Positions 23,687 to 36,753 of a stretch of 61,642 nt of DNA are shown here, one piece after another. Within the stretch, counting starts at the first letter, position 1. Each line of letters begins with the position of its first letter. The DNA is from Chiloscyllium plagiosum (taxonomy: Eukaryota), in contig NC_057729.1 in the NCBI RefSeq assembly GCF_004010195.1, positions 4,699,452 to 4,761,093 of the forward strand. The letters are read 5' to 3'. The notes under the pieces are model-generated. The model did no database searches, had not been told where the DNA came from, and saw only the letters and a list, made by a program, of their open reading frames with translations. A program made the translations under genes and the position numbers.

Positions 23687-25877
23687 TTTTTTTTTCAAAA
23701 GGACACAGTGACCCTTCAACATTTTTTAGATTGGAGAGTGTACTATGTTTGTATCTAATAGATTCTGTTGAATGCTGTCAAATGCCTAGCAGTTGAAGGA
23801 AACAAGGTAAATGGATATTTGGGTTTAACTAGTTAACTATACTAAGGTGTAAATATAAAGAAGAGCCAGGCAGTACAAGGGGGAATTGTTTAGAGATTGG
23901 TGGTGTAAGCTTTGTGGCAATCAATAAACAGACTCCACCAAAGTATTCTTGTCTTGAAAATACACTTGGAAATCCTGTAACACAAAATATTGTTGTTAGC
24001 CCTAATTCAGCCATATGAAACAAATTGCTCATTATGGCACATCAGAGACATAGAGTCCTAGAAATGTACAGCACAGAAGCAAACCCTTCAGTCCAACTCG
24101 TCCATACTGACCAGATATCCTAACCAACTCTCGTCCCATTTGCAGGAGTGACTTTGCTATATTCTGTATTCAGTTAAATACAGTTGTGTAGCTGACAGAT
24201 TCTCACTTTGACCTATATGTTAAAGACAGTGAAAATTACTCTTAACGTTAAGGCTCAAATATAAAAAGCATACTTCCATTCCTCTAGTTATAACCCACTT
24301 GAGAGGTGTCTCCCTGGAACACAGTGCAGCATCACTATTCATTGTATAAACTAGAGCAATATTTTTGCAGTAGATTACACCTTCTACAGAATACAATGAC
24401 TGCAGTGTTTTCAGTAGGAGGTAATCCTGAGAAAAATGTTGACTAACAGCAAAAATTGTAACAGATACATTTGAGCAGTGGATGATCAGATTGGGTTTAT
24501 TTTAAAGCTTCTCTGATAAAATAAACCACACATAAAGAGCAGAATTCTGTGAGAAACCCCTTTTTATCACTATTTGAAATACTTAGGAAGCTGCTCACAG
24601 TTTACTTTTTCTATAATATCACAAAAGCTTGTGTTTGCTCTCACTTTCGTCCCTCTTTTCCTGTTGGTGTCAGCATCGACTGCCACTGGAAGGTTTCAGG
24701 GCTTCAGCAGCCATCAGATGGTGGTTGTGGTTCACAGTTAGCACTCTCCTCAGGGTCGGAAGTTTGTGCATTCATCGTCTCAGACCAAAAACTTTAGAAT
24801 AAGATCCAGGCTGTGTCATACCATAAAGTGGCCACATGGTATGAAGAAAATAATGCTAAGCATTTTGATGAGTGTCAATGTGTTTCACTATCAGGAGCCC
24901 AAAACAAATGAAAAAGACTATTTTTTTGTTCTCCCTTATTTAATTGTGGCTCTTACTGAAGTCACCTCATTCTGTACTGGCAGGCATTAAAGCCATTTTT
25001 GGCCAATGTTCTCTTGGCAGAATGCACTTGGAATGGGCATTGGTTACCAATAATCACCTAGGGGAAACATATTTTCTTATTGCTGGAAACCTAGAAGTCA
25101 AATTCCCAAATAACTGAAAAGGAAAGGTTTGCAGGACATTGAGGAAAGAACAGGGAAGTTTGACTTTGAGATCTCAGTTTGGGATGCATTCATCATGGAA
25201 TCATAGAATTTCTATAGTGCAGAAGTCGTGTGATTCCAGAATTTTAACCAGTCATTGACTGTTGAACCTGGAAGTATATCACCATTCCTTCAGTGTTGCT
25301 GAGTCAAAATCGTGGAGTTCTCTCCCTAACAGCATTGTGGGTCCATTACAGTTATAGGCTGCAGCAGTTCGAGAAGGCAGGTCACCACCATCTTCTCAAG
25401 GCAGCTAGGGATGAGGAATAAATACTGGTGAAGTCAGTGATGCCCAAGCGCCCGTGAATGAATTTAAAAAAAGACTGTGGTCAGGTATTAACAATAATAG
25501 ATCTGAGCCCTATAGACTGGATGTTCCTTTGTAAATGGTCTGGTCTTGCTGGTTTTCGTGAGGGGTTACAGTTGATTTCCATGCAATGTGGCCACGGAGG
25601 GCTAAACCAGTCAAGGGTTCTGCCTGCCTGCTATCCAATGAGAGCTGATGGAAAGTGCATGTGTATAAACATTATTGGGGCCAGGTTTTTGGATAAACTC
25701 TGGCCCATACCCATTTGAAAACTCAATGTGCTTTTGCATCCAAACCACAATCACTTGAGCATAATACAGAAGGACTGTAAATCAAGTAAGATTATTCCCT
25801 AGAAAGAGTCCAGACATTGAGGAGAGAAAGGAGAATGTTAGTGAGAACGTGACCATGGGAATAACCCAACTCTCAGG

Positions 25878-26038
25878 CTGAGAGTCGAGAGTGTGGTGCT
25901 GGAAAAGCATCATGATGAAGGGCTTATGCCCAAAACAACGATTCTCTTGCTCCTCGGAATGCTGCCTGACCTGCTGTGCTTTTCCAGCATCACACTCTCA
26001 ACTCTGATCTCCAGCATTTGTGGTCTTCATTTTCTCTG
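25878..26038 (+). mobile_element. Penelope pLTR mini-insertion with short inverted 5' arm
   Basis: AGAGTCGAGAGTGTGGTGCTGGAAAAGCA is inverted relative to TGCTTTTCCAGCATCACACTCTCAACTCT; hammerhead remnant TGATGAAGGGCTTATGCCC; TSD core ACTCTCAGG at 25869-25877 and 26039-26047. Confidence 0.75.
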
Positions 26039-27586
26039 ACTCTCAGGTTTAGTTTGATGTGAAATCACCTGGGTGGCATAAACATCAGGGGATGTGAGGA
26101 CAGGTTCAGAGTCAGGGAATTGGAAAAGGGCCGGAACAGATCAGCTGACCATTAGGTTTATTCCATCAAGATGTATCTTATGGTCGAATGGAGATAAACC
26201 ATGAGCCCCTCCTTCCCTTCTCACACAAACCCCAAGTCAGGGTGAAAAAGAAACAGAAAACAGACAACTTGGGGCCAACTTAAGGAAATGGGAAGGTCAG
26301 GGAAATTCCACTCTCATTTCTGAAGGCAATCAAGCAAAGACCCGAAAGCTGTGGTGACTGATCTCTGTAGCCTGAATTAACCTAACTAGCAGTTGTGATT
26401 TCAAGTGTCAGCTCTGAAACACATTTGGGATTTTTCAGTTACAAGGAAATCATTGTTTCCCTGTCAGTTGTCTGAAGTTTGGAAATTTTTTGGATTTCTG
26501 GAGTTAGATGTTTTCTCACGAATGTGATTCCTGTTTTTTCTGAAACTTGCCTTGACAGGGAAAACCCAATGATTCATGGTAATGTGATCAGTCTTTAGAA
26601 AACATGCTGTACTTCTTGTAGTTTTCAAGAAAAGGATCCAGCTTTGTTTTTGGTTGTTGTGACCCACGTTGTTTTGAGCTTAGTTTGCTGATTTCAATTA
26701 ATTTCACTATTGGGGGTGTTGACCTAAGCAGGGTTTTTTGGGAGGGGGGGTTTGGAATGGGCGGGGTCTTTCTGTTACACCTGCTGGAAGGTGACCCACT
26801 GCCAACCTTGTGACAGGCCAGACCCACATTCAACTGTGTTGCCACCTTGACCAGGAGATCTCCATTAACAACCAGGTCTCACTAGGGAGAGGGAAGGGAG
26901 GGAAGTTTGTGTGAATTAAGAAGAATGGTTACAGGCAAAAGTACAGATTATCAGGGCAGGAGGAGGAGAAGCTGCAGTTGGGAATGTTCTGGAAAGAACG
27001 GGAACATGATAGCCTGCAAAGATTTCATTCCAACTCATGTCAATCGTAGTTGGCACCTTTAGAGTTAGAGTGTTGTGCTGCATGGAAACAACTTGCCCAT
27101 GCTGACCAGACGTTCTAGATAAATCTAATCCATTTGCCAGCATTTGGCCCAGGAGCCTCTAAACTCTTTCTACTCATGTCCCCGTCTGGTTTCGTTTAAA
27201 ATATTGTAATTGTACCAACCTCCACCACCTCCTCTAAAACATCACGCACTGTAATTAGATACAATTTGGCACCAAGCCAATGAAAGAGTCATTAGGATAG
27301 AGTTTCTAGGGGAATTTTAAAGCAGGAGAGAGAGGTTGAGAAATGTTTTGGGAGATTAGAGAGACATGTGGTTTCCATTCCCATAAATTGTACCCAGGCG
27401 ATCTGCTGAATTCATGAGTGTGTCTTTCTTTTCCTGCCAATTTAAGATATTTCAGAATTGAAATGTGGCAAGGCATTGAGTTTGCCCACGGGAAAATAGC
27501 CTGGGTTTCTGAGCGTTTGACTGATCAGTGGATTGGAAGGAAATGCAGGTTCTGGTTTTCATTCTGTGACTGTGCTTCTTTCTCAG

Positions 27587-27671
27587 GGTTGTCAGCTCGT
27601 GTCAGGCGACATCTGCAACACCAGGTCCCAGTATTGGAAGTTGGACAAGTGTTGCTCAAAGTGTCCACCTG
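27587..27671 (+). CDS. CD40: CD40-like A exon 2 (GCQLVSGDICNTRSQYWKLDKCCSKCPPG, CRD1 start)
   Basis: Pyrimidine tract...CTCAG acceptor; G|GTGAGT donor; 85 nt; TNFR CCxxCxPG motif. Confidence 0.95.
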
Positions 27672-27719
27672 GTGAGTAACTACATTATAACAGCAATGTT
27701 CTCAGCTATCGCAATGTGA

Positions 27720-28140
27720 AAACACATGGAGGCCATTAGTCCCTCGAACATAACACGTCATTCAATTAGATCATAGCTTAGCCGCTCTGCACCTAAACAT
27801 CATCTACATGCTCTGGTTCCATCGACCTTTCCAGCCTTGCCTATCAAAGTTCTATCTGTTGAAATTTTCAATGGATTTCCAGCCTCAACACTCTTGTGTG
27901 CAAGTGAATTCCAGATATCCATTAAGCTTTGGGTAAAGGTGTGCCTCCTGATATCACTCCTAAATGGCCTTGTTTCAATCTTGGGGTTTGCCCCCATGTT
28001 CTGGACTTCCCTCCAACATAGTTCCTTTCCATTTACTCTATCAAATAGTTCAATAATCTCAAACATTAATATTAGCTCATCCCTTTCTCTTCGATATTCA
28101 AAGGAGAAAGAAGTATAAGATTCATCTGTACAACTTGTAC
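27720..28140 (-). mobile_element. CR1 3' end, degenerate
   Basis: ORF 27800-28066 contains FRSDIRRHTFTQSLMDIWNSL. Confidence 0.65.
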
Positions 28141-30183
28141 TCAGAGTTTCTGCTGTTTAGTCCTGGTTTCATGGTGTTGACTCAGCACTGCTCCCTCTCC
28201 AGCATATCCTGCCTGAATACAGTTTCCAATTGTGGGATGGGAGGAATGGCATTCTGGAAGAGTCCAAATCAGAACAGTGCTGCGGTTTAGACTGTGACTT
28301 TTCACATCTTGCCCATGTTGAAGAGACACAACTCTTTTATCTGTTGGCCTATGAGAGTCTGAGCAAAAATATAATACACGCAGGAGCACAGAATTCTGCA
28401 CCAGTAACCTGGACCCCAGGACATTTCAGTCACTCCACCTGGGCAGTAGACTGATTTGGAGAGGCTGCAAATGGTTTGCTGGGTGGGAAGTGAATAAGGG
28501 GCATTGTGCTGAGGTTGGGGAAGTGTAGAGGAAGCTTTAGTCAATACTTATCTGAAGTAGGCATTTCTCAATAATCTTCTGGATGCCTTAATCATCTCTC
28601 ATTTTATTCCAAGCAGTGACAAGTCTCAATGTGGTGAATGTATGCCACTGTTGACTCATCAGTGACAACATTGTCACCTCTGAGTGAGAAGGTTGTGGGT
28701 TCAAGGCCAACTGCAGAAAGTCAAGAATAAAATCTGGGCTGACACTCACTGCATTACTGAGGGAGTCCTGTATTGACAGGCCAGCTTCCAAAGGGCAGAG
28801 GTCTTGTCAAAGCCAATTGGTCTCTCAGCTGAATGTAAAAGATACTGTGCCACTATTTTGCAGCAATAGTGTCTTGGCCAACATTTATTCTTCAAATAAA
28901 ATGGCCAAAGGAAGAGACAACCTGGTCGTTATCTCAGTGCAGTTTGAAGGACACCACGGTGTATAAACAACCTACTGTTTTTCCTAAATTAAAGTACTTC
29001 AACAACATTTCATCAGCTGAAGACTGCTCTGGGTTGATCCCAGGTCATGATTGGTTCTTGTTCCTCCTCCTTCAAATACAACATTTACATAAAATGAACA
29101 TAACACACTATAAATTTTTAAATTTGAGAAGTGAATGGTGCTGAGAATAAACTGAAATATGACCGTATCTCTGCTCTTTCCTGAAGGCATTGCTTTGACT
29201 GTTTTCATGGTTTGTGATTCATTTTTGTCAGTTATTCTATTATATTTAGTTATTTAGACTTTCCTTCTGCAGTCCCTTCACTTTGGTTCGATATGAAACA
29301 CCCATGATTAAATAAGCCCCAATTTCCTCCAGCCCAACAGCCATTCTGCAACGCAACGGCATGAGTTACCCAATGAGGACAGATACATTCCAACCCTTGG
29401 TGCAGTTGACAAGCACAATGGGACTCCCTCAGGGGCTTCATGTCATCAGTCTTAGCTGGGGCTTCTGGAAAAGGAGAAACACTGATAGAGTTAACAGCTG
29501 GGGAGACTGAGAAGAGGAGGGAATGTTGGCATTTGAAGAATTTCCTCCTCGGTGATGGCTGACCAAGGAGCATGAATGGAAGTTGCCATTCTGTCCAGCC
29601 TAACTTCATCTTACTACATCACCCTTACTGCTTCACATCAATAGCCACGTTTCAGCTGCATGCCTGTGCAATGGGTGTTCATGGGTAAATTCTGTCCCCA
29701 GCTTTCACTCTCCAGTATTGGTAAATCTACCTTCACCTGGGGTTCACCAAGACCAGACAGAACATCTGCTCACAGACGTCAGGTGACAGACTGTCAGCTG
29801 AACGGTGGGGAGATTTAATCATGTTTATGTAGATAAGGAGTATGCACTGTGGTACAATTACCCACAGAGCTAGCGGGGGAGTCCATAGGATTGATAATAT
29901 GGCTAGACCTTTCAGAGGTCTGAACCTAGCAGCCACCTGTTCATGGGGTGACACGAAACAAAATATGGCAGATGTCAGAAATCTGAAATAAAATAGAAAG
30001 GGATAGAAAGTTTCAGGAAACCCAGTAGCATCTGTGGAGAGAGAAAGAGTTAATATTTCGGGATTATGCCTTTAATCTGCATTGTTTGTCCAGTGACTAA
30101 TTCAAAGACTGAAAATGAAAGATTTCTTTGTAAAGCTGAGTGTATTTGCTCTGTTAAGTGTGCAGAATGTTTGTTCTTTGCAG

Positions 30184-30309
30184 GCACTTACATGAGCAGT
30201 GAATGTACAGAGGCTAAGGACTCAGAATGCCAACATTGTGGCTCCGGCCGTTATCAATCAGCGTGGAATACACTGGATCATTGCCAACTGCACAAAAGCT
30301 GTAACCCAA
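30184..30309 (+). CDS. CD40: CD40-like A exon 3 (TYMSSECTEAKDSECQHCGSGRYQSAWNTLDHCQLHKSCNP)
   Basis: TTTGCAG acceptor, GTAAGT donor, 126 nt, phase 1-1; aligns to human WNRETHCHQHKYCDPN. Confidence 0.97.
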
Positions 30310-30714
30310 GTAAGTATTAATTATTACCTGGTGTCGCACTGATTAAGATCCAGATCCAGATCCAGATTCAGAAGAACATGAGCTGCACCACTTCTGACTT
30401 ATTGATCTAATACTGCTGCAAATTTACACTCTCACTTCCCCCCCCCCCCTGCCGAATGTCTCTAAGAGCATCCATCATTAATCACCTGCCGGGGCTTTAA
30501 TATCCTATGCTAGTGCCCAGTCTTCAGGTGTGGACCTGGCATCTGAGTGTCACCAAGCCATTTGACCACCAGGGCATTATAACCAAGTTGGCACCACCTA
30601 TATTTGAAAAGTACTTGGCCAGTCATTTCAGAGAGAAGGTTATTTTTACCATTTTTGTGGTGTGGTTTGAAACTTTTATTCTGGTTTGATTTATTATTGT
30701 CACATGTACCTAGG

Positions 30715-31050
30715 TCACAGAGTCATCATCATGCCGACCAGATATCCCAACGCAATTCTACTCCCACCTGCCAGCACCCGGCCCTTATCCCTCCAAATCC
30801 TTGCTATTCATATACCCATCCAGATGCCTTTTAAATGTTGCAATTGTACTTGCTTCCACCACTTCCTCTGGCAGCTCATTCCATGCATGTACTACCCTCT
30901 GTGTGAAAAGGTTGCCCCTTAGGTCCCTTTTATATCTTTCCCCTGTCACCCTAAACCTATGCCCTCTAGTTCTGGTCTCACCCACCCCAGGGAAAAGACC
31001 TTGTCTGTTTACCCTAACCATGCCCCTCAGGATTTTATAAACCTCTATAA
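30715..31050 (-). mobile_element. CR1 (HER1-like) 3' end
   Basis: RTRGHRFRV..ERYKRDLRGNLFTQRVVHAWNELPEEVV. Confidence 0.85.
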
Positions 31051-31319
31051 GTACAGTGAAAAGTTCTGTTTTGCATGGGAAACGGGTAGATCATACCATA
31101 CAAAGTGCATAAGGGTAATAGAACAGAGCGAGGAATACAACGTTACAGTGCACAAAGAGCAAGACCAACTGAAAACACATCTGCGAACATTTCACCAAAA
31201 TGGTGGCCCTTTAGTAACCTATTAATAAATGAACTAGTCTCAATGCTCCTCCACAATCACATAATTTGGTTATATTATTATTTGAGTGGTGATGGCTGTG
31301 TTGTGGTATTTATATCACT

Positions 31320-31710
31320 GTAGTGTCAGTTTAAGGTAGATTAAAATTTATATTAAATTTAAACTAAATTTGGAATTGAAAGTAGTCTTAGTAATGATGA
31401 CCATGAACCTATCATTGCCTGTTGTAAAAAGGCATTTTGTTCACTCAATTCCTTTCGAGAAGGAAATCTGCCATCCTTACTTGGTCTCCAGTGTGGTTGA
31501 CACTTAACTGCTGTTGGGGCAGGAGAAAGTGAGGACTGCAGATGCTGGAGATCAGAGTCGAGAGTGTGGTGCTGGAAAAGCACAGCAGGTCAGGCAGCAT
31601 CCGAAGAGCAGGAAATTTGACATTTCGGGCATAAGCCCTTCTCAGGGCAATTAGGAATTGGCAACAAATGTTGCCTCTGCCCGCAATGCCCATATCTCAT
31701 GATTTTTTAA
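31320..31710 (+). mobile_element. SINE with nested minus-strand Penelope pLTR (~31521-31645)
   Basis: Host resembles 50795-51080 in reverse; nested piece contains TTTCGGGCATAAGCCCTT (hammerhead stem II, reversed). Confidence 0.6.
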
Positions 31711-31810
31711 AAATATGGTGTTTTATGAAGACATGTTCATCATCTGAATGTAATGCATTGCCATTGCTGCTCCTTTAATTCTCTCTCTCTCTCTCTCTCT
31801 CCTGGTTTAG

Positions 31811-31960
31811 ATGGAGGATTTGTGGTGGAAAAGCCTGGTACCACTACCTCAGACACCATCTGTCAGTGCCAGTTAGGAATGTACTGCATCAATACGGATT
31901 GTGAGATTTGTGAAGAAAACAAGGTGTGTGGACCTGGATATGGAGTCATTTACAAAGAAG
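31811..31960 (+). CDS. CD40: CD40-like A exon 4 (GGFVVEKPGTTTSDTICQCQLGMYCINTDCEICEENKVCGPGYGVIYKE)
   Basis: (CT)n...TTTAG acceptor, G|GTAAAC donor, 150 nt; cysteine spacing as in human CD40 CRD2-3. Confidence 0.97.
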
Positions 31961-32687
31961 GTAAACCTACAGCATTTCTGGGTCATGGCAGAAAGAAAAA
32001 TCAGGAATAGTGGGAACTTGCTCAGAATTACTGAAGTAACTAACTCTTGTGTTGTGATTTTGTGAACATAGAGACATTAACCATGGGAAGAGGCCATTAG
32101 CCCAGTTTATTTTATGTAAACTTTAGCTCATCCAACTCGCTGCTTGCTATCTGTATCCTAACTCACACAAAGTCCCATTCACTTGTTGTCACTGTGGTCA
32201 CTGACTTGCATGGACTTTTGATCCACTAATTCACTAAATTCTGATTCTTGTGTTCAAATCCCTCTGTGATTTCAGCCCTGTTTACCTCTGTAATATCCTG
32301 CAGCTCCACAACACTATGAGAGTGCTGCTGCATCCCCCCAACTTGGGCTTTGTATGCATACCCTGCTCTTTACACCCAACCATAGGTACCTAGGCCTCAA
32401 GTTCTGGAACATCCATTTTTAACCTATCCACCATGTTAAACCACTCCTCGAATTTAATATTTTTATTTTAGTTCCTCCTTCATGGGCTCAGTGTCAATCT
32501 TTTTTCATATTAAATTTTGGGTGGTTTTTACTACATTAAGATAGCATATTCAATGCTAATTGATGAAACACAGAGGGAGCTGAAGTGGTGACACAATTGG
32601 ATGGTATATAAAAAAATTGCAAGGAAAAGGTTCCAGCCAAATTATATAATTTTAAATAATGCTGTACTTTTGTTTTTTTGTTATCAG

Positions 32688-32781
32688 ATCGGGGACTTTC
32701 AAGGCCAGTGTGTGAAAGATGTGAGCCTGGATATTTTTCAAATGTGTCCTCTAATATGGAGCCTTGCAGAAAATGGAGCGA
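32688..32781 (+). CDS. CD40: CD40-like A exon 5 (DRGLSRPVCERCEPGYFSNVSSNMEPCRKWS)
   Basis: T-rich...ATCAG acceptor, GTAAGT donor, 94 nt; FSNVSS motif as in human CD40. Not present in the ORF track. Confidence 0.97.
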
Positions 32782-32860
32782 GTAAGTTGGGATACAATCT
32801 CCCATCAAATTATAAAGATAGCTATTGGAATAGATGTTGCTAGGTCTAGTGACACTGAGA

Positions 32861-32997
32861 TTCTGGATTAGTGGTGCTGGAAGAGCACAGCAGTTCAGGC
32901 AGCATCTGCTCCTCGAATGCTGCCTGAACTGTTGTGCTTTTCCAGCACCGCTCTACTCCAGAATCTGGTTTCCAGCATCTGCAGTCATTGTTTTTAC
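32861..32997. mobile_element. Short palindromic Penelope pLTR insertion with 15 bp TSD
   Basis: Inverted arms ~32858-32905 and ~32918-32966; TSD CTAGTGACACTGAGA at 32846-32860 and 32998-33012. Confidence 0.85.
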
Positions 32998-33513
32998 CTA
33001 GTGACACTGAGAACAAAATCTCCTGGTCCATGCTGTGTTTACAATCTTAGCCTTCATATGAGTTGGGAGAACATTGATTCCATTTAGGACCACTGATCAA
33101 AAGCAATGATTTAAAAATCTCAAATAATTTTGCTGTGATGAGGGAGTTAAAAAGAGCAGACAGATCAAATTTGATGAGTGAGAGCATACGTTTTCAAGAA
33201 ATAGGTGTTAGTGGAGAAGTAAGTACTAGAGGAATCGGTTTTGGTAGAATGGGGAGATGCAAGGGGTGATTTTAGTGGGAGAATTAGGCATGAGGGTTTA
33301 AATTGAAGAGAAGAGGTATTGGAAAGGTAGGTTTCACTGGGAGATTGTCAATTGGGGAGCAAGATTTAGTGGGTGAGTTTAGGTTACTAGAGAGTTTAGA
33401 TACGATTTCTCCATGGGAGAGTTTGTGTATAGGAAGGGCTGGTTTCATTGGGTTATACTTCCCTATCCATTCTTGAGTGTTCTATTTCCCATCCTGCTGT
33501 CTACATTATCCTG

Positions 33514-33690
33514 GAAGCATTAGCTTTCTGAGTGCTGCTCCTTCATCAGGTGGTTGAGGAGCATAAGACCTGATGAAGGAGTAGCGCTTTGAGAGCTAGT
33601 GATTCCAAATAAACCTGTTGGACTATTACCCTGGTGTTGTGTGATTTTTAACTTTGTCCACCCCAGTCCAACACCAGCACCGCCACATCA
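33514..33690. mobile_element. Short palindromic Penelope pLTR insertion (second family) with 12 bp TSD
   Basis: CTCCTTCATCAGG / CCTGATGAAGGAG inverted arms; TSD TACATTATCCTG at 33502-33513 and 33691-33702. Confidence 0.8.
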
Positions 33691-33893
33691 TACATTATCC
33701 TGCAGCAACAGCACCACCTGATGGTCAAATGTGGCAATGCACTCCCTGCAATGAGGAGCTGCCTTAATATATTGATTGGCCCAACTGATGTTCTCTGCCC
33801 AGTTGTGCAAAGTTAGGAGTTTTCTCTGTGGAGTGCAACTGTAGTGGGAAGAAAAATAATAACTATGTTTTCTATTTTTCTCCTTTGTTTTAG

Positions 33894-33949
33894 TTGTGGG
33901 TCACTCCAAATGCTGGAAAATGGAACTGCAACAAAGGACATGAAATGTG
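33894..33949 (+). CDS. CD40: CD40-like A exon 6 (CGSLQMLENGTATKDMKC)
   Basis: TTTTAG acceptor, G|GTGAGT donor, 56 nt, phase 2-1; GTxxxDxxC motif ending CRD4. Confidence 0.95.
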
Positions 33950-34244
33950 GTGAGTCTACTGAAGACAGATTATTTCCTAAATCTTCTTGGAAAGCAAGCA
34001 ATGATTACAAATGATCAAGACACATTATGTGTAACTTTAACTTTGGAGCAGTGGAAATTGCCTGAAGAAAGTCAATGAAAATAAAAATTAGGAGAGATAT
34101 ATCATGGACAGCTGATCAAGAGTCCCTTTTCTCCCCCTCTTGCCAAAGTTACAATTACTCATATTCTCACAGTCTACAACATTCTTTGTGAGAAATCAAA
34201 CACGTTAATCTCCTTATTTAAGAACATCCCTTGCATTTTACCTA

Positions 34245-34530
34245 GAGATACATAGAGTCATATTGCATGGAAATAGACCTTTTGGTCCAACTCCTCCATA
34301 TCAACCAACACTAAATTAGGCCCACTTACCTGCATTTGGCCCATATTCCTCTAAGCCCTTCCTATTGTGTTCCTGTCCAAATGTCTTTTAAATGTTGTAA
34401 CTGCACCTACATTTACAAAACCTCTCAGGCAGTTCATTCCCTATAAGAACCAATGTTTGTATAAAAAGCTGCCCCCCAAGTCCCTTTTAAATCTGTCTCC
34501 TTTCACCTTAAAAGTATGCCCCCTAGTTTT
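34245..34530 (-). mobile_element. CR1 3' end
   Basis: Same family as 30715-31050 and 61111-61642. Confidence 0.7.
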
Positions 34531-35723
34531 ATAAACCAAAAGCCTGGCTTGTTGCAGTCTAACTACTGCCCCTTTATTTGCCATGTTTTCTAGTGAACGT
34601 TTTGCCATCTGAGGTACTTGGGGTGGGTGAGGTGAACATTAATTAAACAAGGCTTGATCTTGAAAGTGTTGGTCATAATGTTCTCACCTTGTTACACTGA
34701 GGAGTTAGGGATGTGACATGGGAGCCTCTATCGCACCCTGTCTGATCATCCTGTACCATCCCCCCACCACTGCTAAACTCCCATGAATGGTCTCTGTTTC
34801 ATGCTGCTGAGGAATGTTACGTGCTGTTTCTGTGGTTTCCTGTGTTCTTTCAAAACTTTCTGCACTTTAGATCTTACTAAAATTCAAAACTAGTTATCTT
34901 CTTACTACCTTTCATAAATGCAGAATGTTGGAACCCTAGAACAGAGTGGCGAAGAAACAAAAAGGGAACGTATTTGACTTTTTTTGTCTTGTTCCTCAGT
35001 CCTCACCATCTTCCTGCTGTAACATTAATTGGGAGCATATTGAGCCCCACATTTGTGAATTTGATTGATGCAAAAATCTGTCTCTGAACAGATTCTGAAA
35101 ACAGGGGCACTCTGTCCTTCTGCTGCGAGGTTTAATGGACTTAGGTTAGATCTGGACCCAATTGAAATCTGATCAAACCTCAGACATCACACGCTAAATT
35201 ACTGGGTAGGTGTTCATTAAGTGGTGTCAGTTGGTGACACTAGCTAAGAACATTGGAGGCACCTGATACAAACTGATGTCTTGGTCAGTGAGTGAACTTT
35301 TCACCTGTTATTCCCCTCCTAATGAATCTAGTGATCTTGTACCAGGGTACATTTTTTCTTTAGTTGCTAGGTTCAGCTGTGTGAGTCAACGGCACAATAC
35401 GATCAACCATGAGTGGGCTGAAAGAGCTGAATGAACTACCCAAGTCCTGTATTCCGATATCCATCTCCTCTGTATGAGTCAGAATTGTTCTTCTCTTAAG
35501 GCTGAATTGCAGTCATTACATAGTGAGCAGCCTTGCCTGATTCCAAACAAGCTGCTCATCCATAATGAGAGAGAGGGAGTGGAGTAAAACAAAGATGCAG
35601 CATTCTCACTCACATGACTCTGTTACAATGATGTTAGGAAGAATTTGGTTTCTCCTGCAAGAAATAAAGACTGGCAGTGGGGTGGTAGATCTTGTTAACT
35701 TCTGTCTTTCTGGTACTTTTCAG

Positions 35724-35834
35724 GTATTTTAGAACCTCCATCAAAAGTGGGATTAATCACGGTGATCGTCTTCCTAAGTGTACTCCTCGCTATTATCATC
35801 TTGCTTTCCTTTATATGCATTGGAAGTAATAAGG
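35724..35834 (+). CDS. CD40: CD40-like A exon 7, transmembrane (ILEPPSKVGLITVIVFLSVLLAIIILLSFICIGSNK)
   Basis: TTTTCAG acceptor, G|GTAAGT donor, 111 nt, phase 1-1; about 25 hydrophobic residues. Confidence 0.93.
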
Positions 35835-36677
35835 GTAAGTAGTTTAAACATTTCATTTTGTGCATTTTCACACTTCTTAAAATTAATTTTGTGCTTGCCA
35901 GAGTGAGAGATGTTTGTATTGAGAAAAGAGACATTCAATGTTTAATACCAAACAGTCCCAGAGTTCAAGTGCAGGACAGATACAGAGAAAAGTTCCCTTC
36001 ACACCGTCCCCTTTCAGGGCAGGTACAGAATGGGGTTAGATGCAGAGTAAAGTTCTCTTTTCATCTCTGGCAAGCAATCTGGGGCAGATTCTATTAGTTA
36101 AGGGTCAAACCTCTATCTATGTTTATCCAATAGTGCCTTGATCCAACCTTAGAAAACCATCTGCTATCACCTGAGTGGGACAATGTTTAGTTTCTATACA
36201 GTACTCACCATCCTATAGTTTTTCCAGGCATTAATATAGTTATTATTAGTACTGAGGAATCCTGTTTTTGAATGAAGCTTTAAGTCAGAGCTCCATCTAA
36301 CTCATTAGCTGAACATGAGCCATTCCATTGGTGTTGTATGAAGGGTAGAATGGAATGCTATTCAGGTCTTGACCTATATTTCTCTTTCAGGTAAGACCAA
36401 CTTCATACATATTAGTCAGTTATTATTCCTGGGATTGTGCTGTGTTCTCTGAAGTGCAATGGGATGTCCTAAGGACAGGGTAAGGGGTTATACAATGGCA
36501 GATGTCATTCTTATGCACTGTAGATGATGTCAGCTAGGAGTTGTGTGAGGACAGTACAAGGTCATTGCACCATTTTAAACAGCATCATTTGATACAGACC
36601 TCCTCTCAGTTTGGACTGGGTGCCAGGTGCTGGGTACAGTCCCATAGGTGATCACATTCTGTTTTTCTCTCTTTCAG

Positions 36678-36715
36678 AACATCGGACTAAAATAAGGGAC
36701 ATCATTAACAGGCTG
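36678..36715 (+). CDS. CD40: CD40-like A exon 8 (EHRTKIRDIINRL, juxtamembrane)
   Basis: Pyrimidine tract...TTTCAG, CTG|GTAAGT, 38 nt, phase 1-0 links exons 7 and 9 in frame. Confidence 0.85.
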
Positions 36716-36753
36716 GTAAGTTTGGTTTTGTACACAATGTTAGTTGCTGTAGT

